DNA of 64,000 nt, from assembly GCA_021828195.1 (NCBI GenBank), contig JAKASQ010000002.1:276245-340244 (forward strand). The letters are read 5' to 3'. The notes beneath the pieces are model-generated. The model saw only the letters and a list, made by a program, of their open reading frames with translations. It was not told the DNA's origin and ran no database searches. Positions within the stretch are counted from its first letter, which is position 1, and each line of letters starts with the position of its first letter. Below, one piece after another: positions 1 to 8,691 of the stretch. The DNA comes from Thermoplasmata archaeon (GTDB lineage Archaea; Thermoplasmatota; Thermoplasmata; Lutacidiplasmatales; UBA184). Position numbers and translations under genes: made by a program.

Positions 1-3
1 CGT

Positions 4-861
4 ATGGCGAACTATGCACACCCGGACGTCTTGGTCGACACGGAATGGGTGCTCGCGCACCACAAGGACCCGAACGTCCGCGTCGCGGAGGTCGATTACG
101 ACCCGTCGGCGAACTACGAACAGGGGCACGTCCCCGGCGCGGTCCTCTTCGACTGGCGCAAGGACATCAACGACCCCGTAGCGCGCGACATCCTCTCCCC
201 GCAGGCCCTGACGGAGTTGTTCCGTCGGGCGGGGATCGACGACGACACGACGATCGTCCTGTACGGGGACTTCAACAACTGGTTCGCCGCGTTCGCCTTC
301 TGGGTGTTCGCCTACTACGGGACGAAGCACATCAAGATCCTGAACGGCGGCCGCAAGAAGTGGATCGCGGAGGACAAACCGCTCAGCAAGGACCTCCCGA
401 AGCACCCCGCGGGTCACTTCACGGCGGCGGCGCCGAACCCGAAGCTGCGTGCCTACATGGACGATGTCCGCACGTCGCTGCCCGAGGTCAAGGCGGGGAA
501 GTTCATCCTCGTCGACGTGCGGGGACCGAAGGAGTTCTCCGGGGAGATCACCGCGCCGCCGGAGTACCCGACGGAGCACGCGCAGCGCGGGGGCCACATC
601 CCCGGCGCGAAGAACATCCCGTGGGCCCAGGCGGTCAACGAGGACGGCACGTTCAAGTCCCGCGAGCAGCTCGAGGAGCTCTACGTCTCGAAGGGCGTCA
701 AGTCCGGGACCCCCGTGGTCACGTACTGCCGGATCGGCGAGCGGTCGAGCCACACCTGGTTCGTCCTGACCTACCTGCTCGGGTACCCGAACGTGCGGAA
801 CTACGACGGCTCGTGGACCGAGTGGGGCAATCTCATCCGAACGCCGATCGAGAAGCCGTAA
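4..861 (+). CDS. Tandem-rhodanese thiosulfate/3-mercaptopyruvate sulfurtransferase (TssA/CysA type)
   Basis: GHVPGAV and GHIPGA motifs, active-site YCRIGERS, C-terminal YDGSWTEW rhodanese signature. Confidence 0.95.
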   Translation: MANYAHPDVLVDTEWVLAHHKDPNVRVAEVDYDPSANYEQGHVPGAVLFDWRKDINDPVARDILSPQALTELFRRAGIDDDTTIVLYGDFNNWFAAFAFWVFAYYGTKHIKILNGGRKKWIAEDKPLSKDLPKHPAGHFTAAAPNPKLRAYMDDVRTSLPEVKAGKFILVDVRGPKEFSGEITAPPEYPTEHAQRGGHIPGAKNIPWAQAVNEDGTFKSREQLEELYVSKGVKSGTPVVTYCRIGERSSHTWFVLTYLLGYPNVRNYDGSWTEWGNLIRTPIEKP

Positions 862-865
862 GGCG

Positions 866-1558
866 CTAGCCGCGCCGGGGCACCCGGGGGACCGGGTGCG
901 CCTCCTTCCGGACGAGGAACTGGTGGAGATCCCCCTCACGTCGGCGGGCGAGCAGCCCATGACCCGTCTGATCGGACCAGCGCTCCATCTCGATCGGGCT
1001 GGTCGGATCGTCCGTCACGAGGAGGATCGCCGTGCCCGACGGCCGGGCGGCGAGCTCTTCGTTGAGCTTGGTCAGGATCGCGGAGCATTCGATCCCGATC
1101 TCGAACATCTCGAGATCTGGCGTCGCCGGCCAGCAGCGGATGCGCTGGGCGTGGATCCGCTCGAGGAGCCTCTCCCGGATCGCGTGCGCGCTCTCCAGAG
1201 GGGGTCCGTCCACGCGTTCGGGACGGAAGCGCACGATCCACCCCGCGTCGTACGGGGAGTCATTGACGAGCCGCGGCCGCTGGAAGAGCGCCGGGTTGAG
1301 CTCCGTGACGGTCCCGTCGACGGGCAGGCGAACGGCTCCGGTGTAGCGGACGGTTTCGATCATGCCGACGCTGCGGCCTGCGGCGATCGGGCCCGGGATG
1401 GGCCGGTAGGTCACGGCGGTGACGGGCCCGATGAACGCGGCGAAGGCCGAGATAATCCCGATCTTCGCCGAGGCGCCGCCCGGCCCGACGAGCATCCAGA
1501 CGTTGTTCTCGAGGTCGTAGAGCCGATCCTCGGGCAGTGGGCAGCCTTCGAGATCCAC
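866..1558 (-). CDS. GcvH/LbpA-like domain (lipoyl Lys replaced by Arg) fused to a TusA-like domain
   Basis: GCPLPEDRLYDLENNVW...IETVRYTG...VNDSPYDAGWI (H-protein fold) followed by EIGIECSA...TDDPTSPIEMERW...FLVRK (TusA/SirA fold); GTG start at 1558 inferred. Confidence 0.8.
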   Translation of the reverse strand: MDLEGCPLPEDRLYDLENNVWMLVGPGGASAKIGIISAFAAFIGPVTAVTYRPIPGPIAAGRSVGMIETVRYTGAVRLPVDGTVTELNPALFQRPRLVNDSPYDAGWIVRFRPERVDGPPLESAHAIRERLLERIHAQRIRCWPATPDLEMFEIGIECSAILTKLNEELAARPSGTAILLVTDDPTSPIEMERWSDQTGHGLLARRREGDLHQFLVRKEAHPVPRVPRRG

Positions 1559-1645
1559 CTGAAGGGGAGCGCTCCCCGGCCCTTTACCGCTTCGTGGGGT
1601 CCCCGAGACGGAACCTTTTTCGCGGGTCGAGTCCCTCGCTCCGCG

Positions 1646-1831
1646 ATGCCGGCGTCGACCCATGCTTCCCGCTCGCCGCGCCGGTTCCGCTGCCGCTGCG
1701 GCCACCTGCTCACGAACCACCTGCAGGTCGAGGGGATTCCGGGCTCGGCCAGTTTCCGTCTCGAGCCGACGGGGCCATGCGCCCTCTGTGGAGAAGGGAT
1801 CTGCCGGAAGTTCTCGCCGGGGACCGCGTGA
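1646..1831 (+). CDS. Small putative Zn-binding protein (61 aa)
   Basis: ATG at 1646 in the gap between two minus-strand genes; CRCGH...H and CALC...C clusters; T-rich TATA-like tract ~30 nt upstream. Confidence 0.55.
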   Translation: MPASTHASRSPRRFRCRCGHLLTNHLQVEGIPGSASFRLEPTGPCALCGEGICRKFSPGTA

Positions 1832-1844
1832 GACGGCCGCGCGC

Positions 1845-2303
1845 TCAGCCGTAGGCCGTGCGCAAGAGGTATTCCTTGAACTGGCGCAGGCGCTCGTCCC
1901 AGAAGTGGAAGTGCCAGGACCGGGCCGCCTCCCACGCTTCCCCGGCTCCCCAGCCGGTGTGCTCGAGGGTCACGTCGATCCCTTCGGGGGACTCTTGCAG
2001 GCGGATGTAGACGGACGTGCGCGCCTTGGGCTCGTTCATCCGGCGGCCGAACTCGGCCGGTCCGGTCCAGGAAAACTGCAGATCGACGTCGGGGTGGATC
2101 GTCTCGATCACGCCGGCGCTGGTGAATCCTTTGGGATCCTTCCAGGTGAGCACGTACTCGCCGCCTACCTCGGGCGTGACGCGCGCAGAATCGCACAGCC
2201 AGCTCTCCAGCGCCTTGGGCTCGAGCAACGCCGAAAAGACCATGGGGACCGGAAGCGGGATCGTGACCTGGATCAGGATCGGGTCCAGCGCTTCCTCGAC
2301 CAT
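1845..2303 (-). CDS. SRPBCC/AHSA1-like domain protein
   Basis: VFSALLEPKALESW...GGEY...LQFSW...VTLEHTGW...W pattern of START/AHSA1 proteins. Confidence 0.85.
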   Translation of the reverse strand: MVEEALDPILIQVTIPLPVPMVFSALLEPKALESWLCDSARVTPEVGGEYVLTWKDPKGFTSAGVIETIHPDVDLQFSWTGPAEFGRRMNEPKARTSVYIRLQESPEGIDVTLEHTGWGAGEAWEAARSWHFHFWDERLRQFKEYLLRTAYG

Positions 2304-2366
2304 AGGACACGGTTCGCATCGGCGCGTAAAGGGTTTGCGCAGTTCCGCGATGGTCGTTCGACACCG

Positions 2367-5300
2367 ATGGAGAGACGGACCGACGGCTCGCCCGTTCTAG
2401 CCCTATATTCCAGTGGGCCCCATGGCCACGCCGTGCAGCATGGATCGACGAACCTCGGGCCCCGACGTGCGTTCGCCGTCGGGCTCGTCCTCCTGCTCGT
2501 GCTGCTCGGCGCCGAGTGCGTGGTCCCCACGTCGACCGGGCACGGATCTGGGGCGGCCGCGCGCTCGACGCCGGCGCTCTCCGATCTGGCGGCGGGTCCG
2601 CGCGTCGCCGTTTCCCTCGCGGGCAAACTGCCGTCGATCCCCGTGTCGGGCACGCCGTACGTGGGCTCGGTCTCGGTCTTCGTGACGCTGAGCCTGCAGA
2701 ATCAGAGCCGGCTCGCGGCGCTCCTCACCGGGCTTTCCGACCCATCGAGCCCCGAGTACCACCAGTACCTGTCCGCCCGCGAGTTCACGGCGGAGTTCTC
2801 GCCTTCCGCATCGGCCTACCAGCTCGCGATCACCTACTTCCGCGGAGCCCTGGGAGTCCGCTTGATGTCCTACCCGAACCGCATCGGCCTCCTGCTCGAG
2901 GGTCCGGGACCGGCGGTCGGTGCGCTGTTCGGGATATCGTTCGAGCAAGGCGGCGCGCCGACGAGCTCGTACTATTCTCCGGTGGGCACACCGACCCTCC
3001 CGGCGCGCCTCGCCGCAGAGATCGTGTCGGTGGATGGCCTTTCGAGCTACGGAACGGCGACCCCGGCGACGACCCGTATGGTCGCGAGCGGACCGGCCGC
3101 CGTTGCGACGTCGGCGGGCTATCCGACGCCAACTCCGTGCGGGTCGGGTGGAGAGCAGTGTGTCTGGGGCTCGGATCTCCAGGTCGCGTACAACGAGCAG
3201 TCCCTGCTGTCGATCACGTACCCGACCCACGAGGTGGTCGCGACCATCCTCTGGGCCGGGCAGAACAGTCAAGGGCAGCCCGTCGGCCCGTACGTCCCGA
3301 ACGACATCTACGATTACTTCAACCTCACGCTACCGGCGGGTGAGCCTCACTCGACGGTGGTCCCCGTCCCCTACGACGGCGCTCCGATGCCCGGTATCTC
3401 CGCGAGCAACGATACGACGGGGTCGACCGGGGAGAACACGCTCGACCTCGAGATGGTCGGAAGCACCGCGCCCGGAGCGTCGATCTACAATGTCTACGGG
3501 AACGGTCCGGGGAGCGCCGAGACCGACGGCGCGCTGGCCTTCATCCTGAGCCCGACCGGTTATCCCGGCCTCGCGAACGTCAGCGTGATCTCCAACTCCT
3601 GGGGCTCGCTGGACTCGAACGATTCGTCGTGGGTCCCGATGCTGCAAGAGGCCCAGGCGCGGGGGATCACGGTCCTCGCCGCGACCGGGGACGCCGGGAG
3701 CAACCCCTCCAGCAACTACTCGGTGGGCTCGCAGGTCGAATTCCCATCCGTAATGGCCTACAACTCCTTCGGAGTGACGGCGGTGGGAGGCACCGCCCTC
3801 TCCCTGAACGCCGACCCGAGCTCTTCCGCATTCCTATCGATCGTCTCCCAGCCGGCATGGTACGAGCCCCAATCGGGAAGCGGCCCCATCGGCAGTTCCG
3901 GAGGAGTGAGCAAGTACTTCGCCGAGCCATCCTGGCAGCGCACCTCCGAGGCGAGCGCGGTGATCGCGGCTACGGGCTCGAGTGGGCGGGGAGTGCCGGA
4001 CGTTGCGGCCATCGCGCAGGACATGTTCGTGCTCGCGACGACCTCGGGGACCCAACTGACGTACCGCGACTTCGGGACCTCGGTGGCGACGCCGGTGGTC
4101 GCGGGGCTCGTCGCGGAGGCCGATGCGGTCCTCGTGCGATACCACCAGCCGAACCTGGGATTCCTCAACCCCGCGGTCTACGCGTGGGCCGACCGGATGG
4201 TCCAACCGCCTCCGGCCGGTTCGGAGAACGGCTCGGTCGTGTACGGCACGTACGACTCGTCGCTCCCGATGCTCCCATTCTACGACGTGACTCGGGGCGG
4301 GAACTACGCGTACCCGGCGCGGCCCGGCTACGACCTCGTCACCGGCTGGGGCTCGCTCAACGACTACAACTTCACGGCGTTCGTCCTCTCCTTCGACTAC
4401 GCGGGTTCCTCCTTCGCGCTCGATGGGGTGAAGGACGTGGTGAACCTGAGCGCGCTCACGGCGACCTCCGTGTTCCAGAACTCCACGGTGAACACCCAGT
4501 ACAACGCGTCGATCGAGCAAACGCTCTTCCTCGCCAACAGTCTCGGGTCCCCGATCTACTGGGTCCAGAACGCGGTTTCCCTCCAGCGCACCTCGTCGTC
4601 CGCGTGGCAGATCACCGAGACGGGTTCCATCTACTACCCGTTCTACGGGCTGTACCCGGGCCAGACGATCTGGGTTTACCGGACCTCGAGCGGTGGATCC
4701 ACCACGCTTCCCGCCACCTGGACGATCGCCACGAGCCTCCTGCGACCGACCGGCTCCTCTCCGGAGATCGTATTCGATGTGAACGGGCGGGCGGTCTCGA
4801 CGCCCGTCCCCGGGGCCGAGTTCATCATCGGCGGCTCGGGATACCGGTACTTCTGGCAGGGAGTCGAGTACACGGACGGCCCGTACCCGAACACCCCCGT
4901 CCCGAGCGGTCTTGCGCCCCAGTTCGGGATCCTGGGAGGTCCGTCCGGCAGCGCGGGCGTCTTCGCCGCACCCACCTCGGCGGCCGTCACTCCGACGTAT
5001 CTCCCCACGGGTGGGAGCGCCTACGTGGCCCCCGTCGGGGGCGGGGTCGTCCGCACCCCGATCGCCCAGGCGCCGGAATCCGCCCAGAACCTCCGATGGA
5101 CTCCGTCCGGCGGGAGTTGGAAGGCCGCGGTCGTGAGCGGGAGCGTCGATCAGGGATTCTTCGTGTATTCGACCGCCGACGCGGGCAACCCTGTCAACTT
5201 CCAGCTGGTCACGTTCGCCGTGGTGTTCCACGAGACCGGGCTCGGGAGCGGAGCGGTCTGGTCGGTGACGCTCGGCGGGATCACCGAGAGCTCGTCGGCC

Positions 5301-5642
5301 ACGACGATCACCTTCGAGATGCTCAACGGGACCTACGCCTTCTCCGTCCCATCGGTCGCCGGTTCGGACCCTTCGCCTGGATCGGGGAGCGTGGCCGTGC
5401 TCGGGAACTCGTCGTACGTCGCGCTCTCCTTCACGGCTTCCTGCATGGGGCTCAATTGCGCCTACGCGTACATCCCGGGCGGGTGGGAGATCTACGCGAT
5501 CCTCACGCTCGTTGCGGTCGCGGTCATCGCGTTGATCGCGCTCGTGGCCGTTCGACGGCCGCGTCGGCCGGTCTCGACTCCTGGCCCGGACGGCACCCGC
5601 GGGCCGGTCGAGCCGATGGTGCCCCCGTACAATCCGCGCTAG
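2367..5642 (+). CDS. Membrane-anchored S53 (sedolisin/kumamolisin) peptidase with pro-domain and thermopsin-like domain
   Basis: Hydrophobic signal segment, pro-domain SPEYHQYLS, ENTLDLE, SNSWG, ATGDAG, GRGVPDVA, GTSVATP, GYDLVTGWGS; later YWVQN thermopsin-like motif, FHETGL repeat and C-terminal TM helix; start approximate. Confidence 0.9.
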   Translation: MERRTDGSPVLALYSSGPHGHAVQHGSTNLGPRRAFAVGLVLLLVLLGAECVVPTSTGHGSGAAARSTPALSDLAAGPRVAVSLAGKLPSIPVSGTPYVGSVSVFVTLSLQNQSRLAALLTGLSDPSSPEYHQYLSAREFTAEFSPSASAYQLAITYFRGALGVRLMSYPNRIGLLLEGPGPAVGALFGISFEQGGAPTSSYYSPVGTPTLPARLAAEIVSVDGLSSYGTATPATTRMVASGPAAVATSAGYPTPTPCGSGGEQCVWGSDLQVAYNEQSLLSITYPTHEVVATILWAGQNSQGQPVGPYVPNDIYDYFNLTLPAGEPHSTVVPVPYDGAPMPGISASNDTTGSTGENTLDLEMVGSTAPGASIYNVYGNGPGSAETDGALAFILSPTGYPGLANVSVISNSWGSLDSNDSSWVPMLQEAQARGITVLAATGDAGSNPSSNYSVGSQVEFPSVMAYNSFGVTAVGGTALSLNADPSSSAFLSIVSQPAWYEPQSGSGPIGSSGGVSKYFAEPSWQRTSEASAVIAATGSSGRGVPDVAAIAQDMFVLATTSGTQLTYRDFGTSVATPVVAGLVAEADAVLVRYHQPNLGFLNPAVYAWADRMVQPPPAGSENGSVVYGTYDSSLPMLPFYDVTRGGNYAYPARPGYDLVTGWGSLNDYNFTAFVLSFDYAGSSFALDGVKDVVNLSALTATSVFQNSTVNTQYNASIEQTLFLANSLGSPIYWVQNAVSLQRTSSSAWQITETGSIYYPFYGLYPGQTIWVYRTSSGGSTTLPATWTIATSLLRPTGSSPEIVFDVNGRAVSTPVPGAEFIIGGSGYRYFWQGVEYTDGPYPNTPVPSGLAPQFGILGGPSGSAGVFAAPTSAAVTPTYLPTGGSAYVAPVGGGVVRTPIAQAPESAQNLRWTPSGGSWKAAVVSGSVDQGFFVYSTADAGNPVNFQLVTFAVVFHETGLGSGAVWSVTLGGITESSSATTITFEMLNGTYAFSVPSVAGSDPSPGSGSVAVLGNSSYVALSFTASCMGLNCAYAYIPGGWEIYAILTLVAVAVIALIALVAVRRPRRPVSTPGPDGTRGPVEPMVPPYNPR

Positions 5643-5677
5643 GCCCGATTGGGATCGGCCCGACCCGAGGGCGGAAG

Positions 5678-5751
5678 TGGACTGGTCGGGATTTGAACCC
5701 GAGGCCTCCGGTTTGCAAAACCGGCGATCTTCCGAGCTGATCTACCAGCCC
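5678..5751 (-). tRNA. tRNA-Ala(TGC)
   Basis: Cloverleaf GGGCTGG/CCAGTCC with G3:U70, anticodon arm CCGGT-TTTGCAA-ACCGG, TTCAAAT T-loop; CCA not encoded. Confidence 0.97.
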
Positions 5752-5849
5752 TCGGCCGTGGAGGGACGCTCCGGATTCATAGCCTTTCGTCTGGAGCGCG
5801 CGGCGGGCCGGGATAAGGAAATCTACTCCTGACGCACACCCCGAGTCGC

Positions 5850-6851
5850 ATGCGGCTGAGCGCGTTTTCGATCGTCGACGGCTTCGGTCCGTTCCAGAGC
5901 GAAGATCGGGATCGCCACCGCGAGGTGGTCGCGCTCGCGGAGGCGGCGGAAGCGGGTGGGCTGGACGCGATCTGGATCGCCGAGCACCACTTCCAGGGGG
6001 GCGGCGTGTGTCCCTCTCCGCCAATCCTCCTGGCGGCGGTCGCCGAGCGGGCGCGTCGCCTCCGGCTCGGATCGATGGTCGCCGTTCTGCCCTTCCACGA
6101 ACCGGTCGCCCTCGCGGAGGAGTACGCGCTCCTCGACCGGCTCAGCGGCGGCCGCCTGAACCTCGGGGTGGGCAGCGGCTACCTTGCAAGCGAGTTCGAG
6201 GGCTTCGGCATCGACCCGGCGGACAAGCGCGAACGGTTCGACCGTGCGCTCGCCACCCTGCTCCGGGCCTTCGCGGGCGAAGAGGTGACCGTGGACCGCC
6301 CCGGGTCGCGACCGGTGCGGCTCAGCGTACGACCCCTCCAGCATCCCCATCCTCCCATTTGGATCGCGGTCCAACGCCGGGAGGCCCTGCCGTTCGTCGC
6401 GGCGCGTGGAGTGTCGGCGGCGTTGATCCCTTACGCGACGGTCGGTGGGATCGAGGAGCTCCGGACCCAGATCGCCGACTACCGCGCCCACCTCCCGCCG
6501 AGGAGCCGCGCCGGGGTCTCGGTGGCCCTCCACGTCTATGCCGGCGATCGGCCCGATCTCGCGCGCGCGGCCCTGCAGCGCTATCTCGATAGCCGGCTCG
6601 CGACCCAGAGCACGTTCTACGCGGAGAAGGTACGACGCCATCCCGAGCACGCGAGCGCGGAGTCGATCGAGCGCAGCGGGTTCGCCCTCTTCGGCACCCC
6701 GCGGGAGGTCGCCGAACGACTCGAGCGGTTCCGCGAGATCGGAGTCGATGAAGTCCTCGGGATCTTCGATTTCGGTGGGCTGGAGGCGAGAGAAGCGCAG
6801 TCTTCCGCTCGGGCCCTGGGAAGCGCGCGCGCGCCGTTCGCGACGGCGTAG
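5850..6851 (+). CDS. LLM-class (luciferase-like) flavin-dependent oxidoreductase
   Basis: WIAEHHF, LDRLSGGRLNLGVGSGY, PLQHPHPPIWIA motifs. Confidence 0.93.
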   Translation: MRLSAFSIVDGFGPFQSEDRDRHREVVALAEAAEAGGLDAIWIAEHHFQGGGVCPSPPILLAAVAERARRLRLGSMVAVLPFHEPVALAEEYALLDRLSGGRLNLGVGSGYLASEFEGFGIDPADKRERFDRALATLLRAFAGEEVTVDRPGSRPVRLSVRPLQHPHPPIWIAVQRREALPFVAARGVSAALIPYATVGGIEELRTQIADYRAHLPPRSRAGVSVALHVYAGDRPDLARAALQRYLDSRLATQSTFYAEKVRRHPEHASAESIERSGFALFGTPREVAERLERFREIGVDEVLGIFDFGGLEAREAQSSARALGSARAPFATA

Positions 6852-6906
6852 GGCGCTCGGGGCTCCTCCCTGCACCCCTATGTAGAACCGGATTCATGGA
6901 TGGCCG

Positions 6907-7680
6907 ATGAAGGTCGGGCGGCGGCCGGGACCGAAGCCGAAGCATCTCTACGTCCGGGTCGTGCGCGCCGGGAGCGAAGACGACGTCGACTTTCCGACGC
7001 CGGGGATCGTTCGCCCCTTCCTCGAGCACCTCGAGCACGTGGGGCGTCTCGTGGCCCACGGTGCGCTGCGAACCCCCACGGGCGATCTGCTCATCTTTCG
7101 CGCGACGGACCTCGCCGAGGCCCGACGCGTGCTGCGCACCGACCCTTTCGCAGGGATCCATCGAACGTCCTACGAGTTCCTCGAATGGTCCCCGGCCGAA
7201 CGGGGGAGCGGGGTCAATCTCGACCCGCCACCGCCGCGGGGCTCCGGTCGCCTGACGTCCCTGCAGCGGGTGGCGGTCGTGGTCCGGGACCAGAAGCGGG
7301 CCATCGCATGGTACCAGAACATCCTCGGTCTCGCGATCCGTTCCCAGGACCCGGACACCGGGTACGTCGAGCTCGCGCTCGGTCTGGGCACGAGCGCGAT
7401 CTCGCTCATCGCGCCCCACGCGGATTGGGGGGAGCCGTACTACTCGGAGGCCCTCGACCGCATCGGGGCCGCGACGGGGATCGTATTCCAGACCGATAGC
7501 GTTCGCGCCCTCGAGCTGCGGTTGCGCAATGCGCACGCCACCGTCACGCAGTCCGTGCGGGAGGAGCCGTGGGGCGGAAGCACGATCCGCTTCGCCGATC
7601 CGGACGGCAACGAGTTCCTGGCCTTCGAGACCCTCTTTCCGAGGAGTCGAACCGCCGTGCCTGCTCGCCGCCGCTCCTGA
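6907..7680 (+). CDS. YciI-like domain fused to VOC/glyoxalase domain
   Basis: N-half GRLVAHG...LLIFRATDLAEARRVLRTDPF (YciI-like); C-half VVRDQKRAIAWY...LG, EPWGG...FADPDGNE (VOC). Confidence 0.8.
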   Translation: MKVGRRPGPKPKHLYVRVVRAGSEDDVDFPTPGIVRPFLEHLEHVGRLVAHGALRTPTGDLLIFRATDLAEARRVLRTDPFAGIHRTSYEFLEWSPAERGSGVNLDPPPPRGSGRLTSLQRVAVVVRDQKRAIAWYQNILGLAIRSQDPDTGYVELALGLGTSAISLIAPHADWGEPYYSEALDRIGAATGIVFQTDSVRALELRLRNAHATVTQSVREEPWGGSTIRFADPDGNEFLAFETLFPRSRTAVPARRRS

Positions 7681-7759
7681 GGGCGGGCTTTGGATCGGGC
7701 CCGCGCTCGGGCGCGACGAGCTTTATCCCGCGAGGTCTGCGGGACCCCGGAGAACCCCC

Positions 7760-8428
7760 ATGGTCGAGATACTGCCGGGAGTGCACCTCGTGGACAACAT
7801 CGACCCCTCCCCGGACTTCACCACCCACGTCTACCTCTTGAAGGACCGCGGGAACACCTGGACCCTGATCGATTCCGGGCTCCCGGGCTCGGACGTGGCG
7901 ATCGGCGCCTACCTGGCCCACGTGAAGATCCCGCCCACCTCCATCAAGAGAATCCTCATCACCCATCTTCACCGCGATCACGTCGGCGGTCTCGCGCGGA
8001 TGATCGAACGGACGAAGGCCCGGACGTTCTCCCATTGGATCGAGGCGGCCTACATCAATTGCAAGCCCGCCTACGACGGACCCGGCGCGCCTCCGGCCGA
8101 GCCCGTGGTGATCGACGAAGTGCTCAAGGATGGTGACTCGGTCGACGCCGCAGGGGGCCTCGTCGCCTACCACACCCCAGGGCACACCCCGGGACACATG
8201 GCCTACTACCAGCCCGAGCGCAAGCTGCTGTTCAGCGGGGATCTGTTCTTCGGCGAGAAGGACGGGCTCATCCTCACGGTGCCGGACTTTACCCACCACA
8301 CACCCACCGCACGGATCTCGGCGCATCGGATGTCCCAACTCTCGGTCGAGTCGGTCCTCTCCTATCACGGGGGGCCCGTGCTCAAGAACGGCGCGAGCGC
8401 GCTCCGAAAGTTCGCCCGGCTCGACTGA
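7760..8428 (+). CDS. MBL-fold metallo-hydrolase
   Basis: THLHRDHVGG, HTPGHTPGH, FSGD motifs. Confidence 0.92.
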   Translation: MVEILPGVHLVDNIDPSPDFTTHVYLLKDRGNTWTLIDSGLPGSDVAIGAYLAHVKIPPTSIKRILITHLHRDHVGGLARMIERTKARTFSHWIEAAYINCKPAYDGPGAPPAEPVVIDEVLKDGDSVDAAGGLVAYHTPGHTPGHMAYYQPERKLLFSGDLFFGEKDGLILTVPDFTHHTPTARISAHRMSQLSVESVLSYHGGPVLKNGASALRKFARLD

Positions 8429-8469
8429 TCCGGCGCGGTGTCCTTCCGGGCCGGGAAACCGCGGCCGAG

Positions 8470-8544
8470 TGGGACTGGCCAGATTTGAACTGGCGTCTCG
8501 GAGTCCCGAACCCCGAAGGATGGACCAAGCTACCCCACAGTCCC
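8470..8544 (-). tRNA. tRNA-Pro(CGG)
   Basis: GGGACTG/CAGTCCC acceptor stem, anticodon arm CGGGG-TTCGGGA-CTCCG, TTCAAAT T-loop. Confidence 0.96.
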
Positions 8545-8691
8545 ACGTTGACGGGTTGCGAGGCGGCCACGAGCGCGCGATATATGAGAGGGAGGGCGAA
8601 GGGGTCCGAGTACCCGGCTCGGGACGCTCTCCCGTGAGCGTTTCGTGATCCCTCCCTCCTCTTTCTAATCCCCAGCCCCCTTTCCTATCCC

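Noticed and set aside
8588..8658. Inverted repeat GAGGGAGGG/CCCTCCCTC with inner hairpins upstream of nreA
   Set aside because: Low-complexity purine/pyrimidine tracts in a GC-rich genome; no family signature
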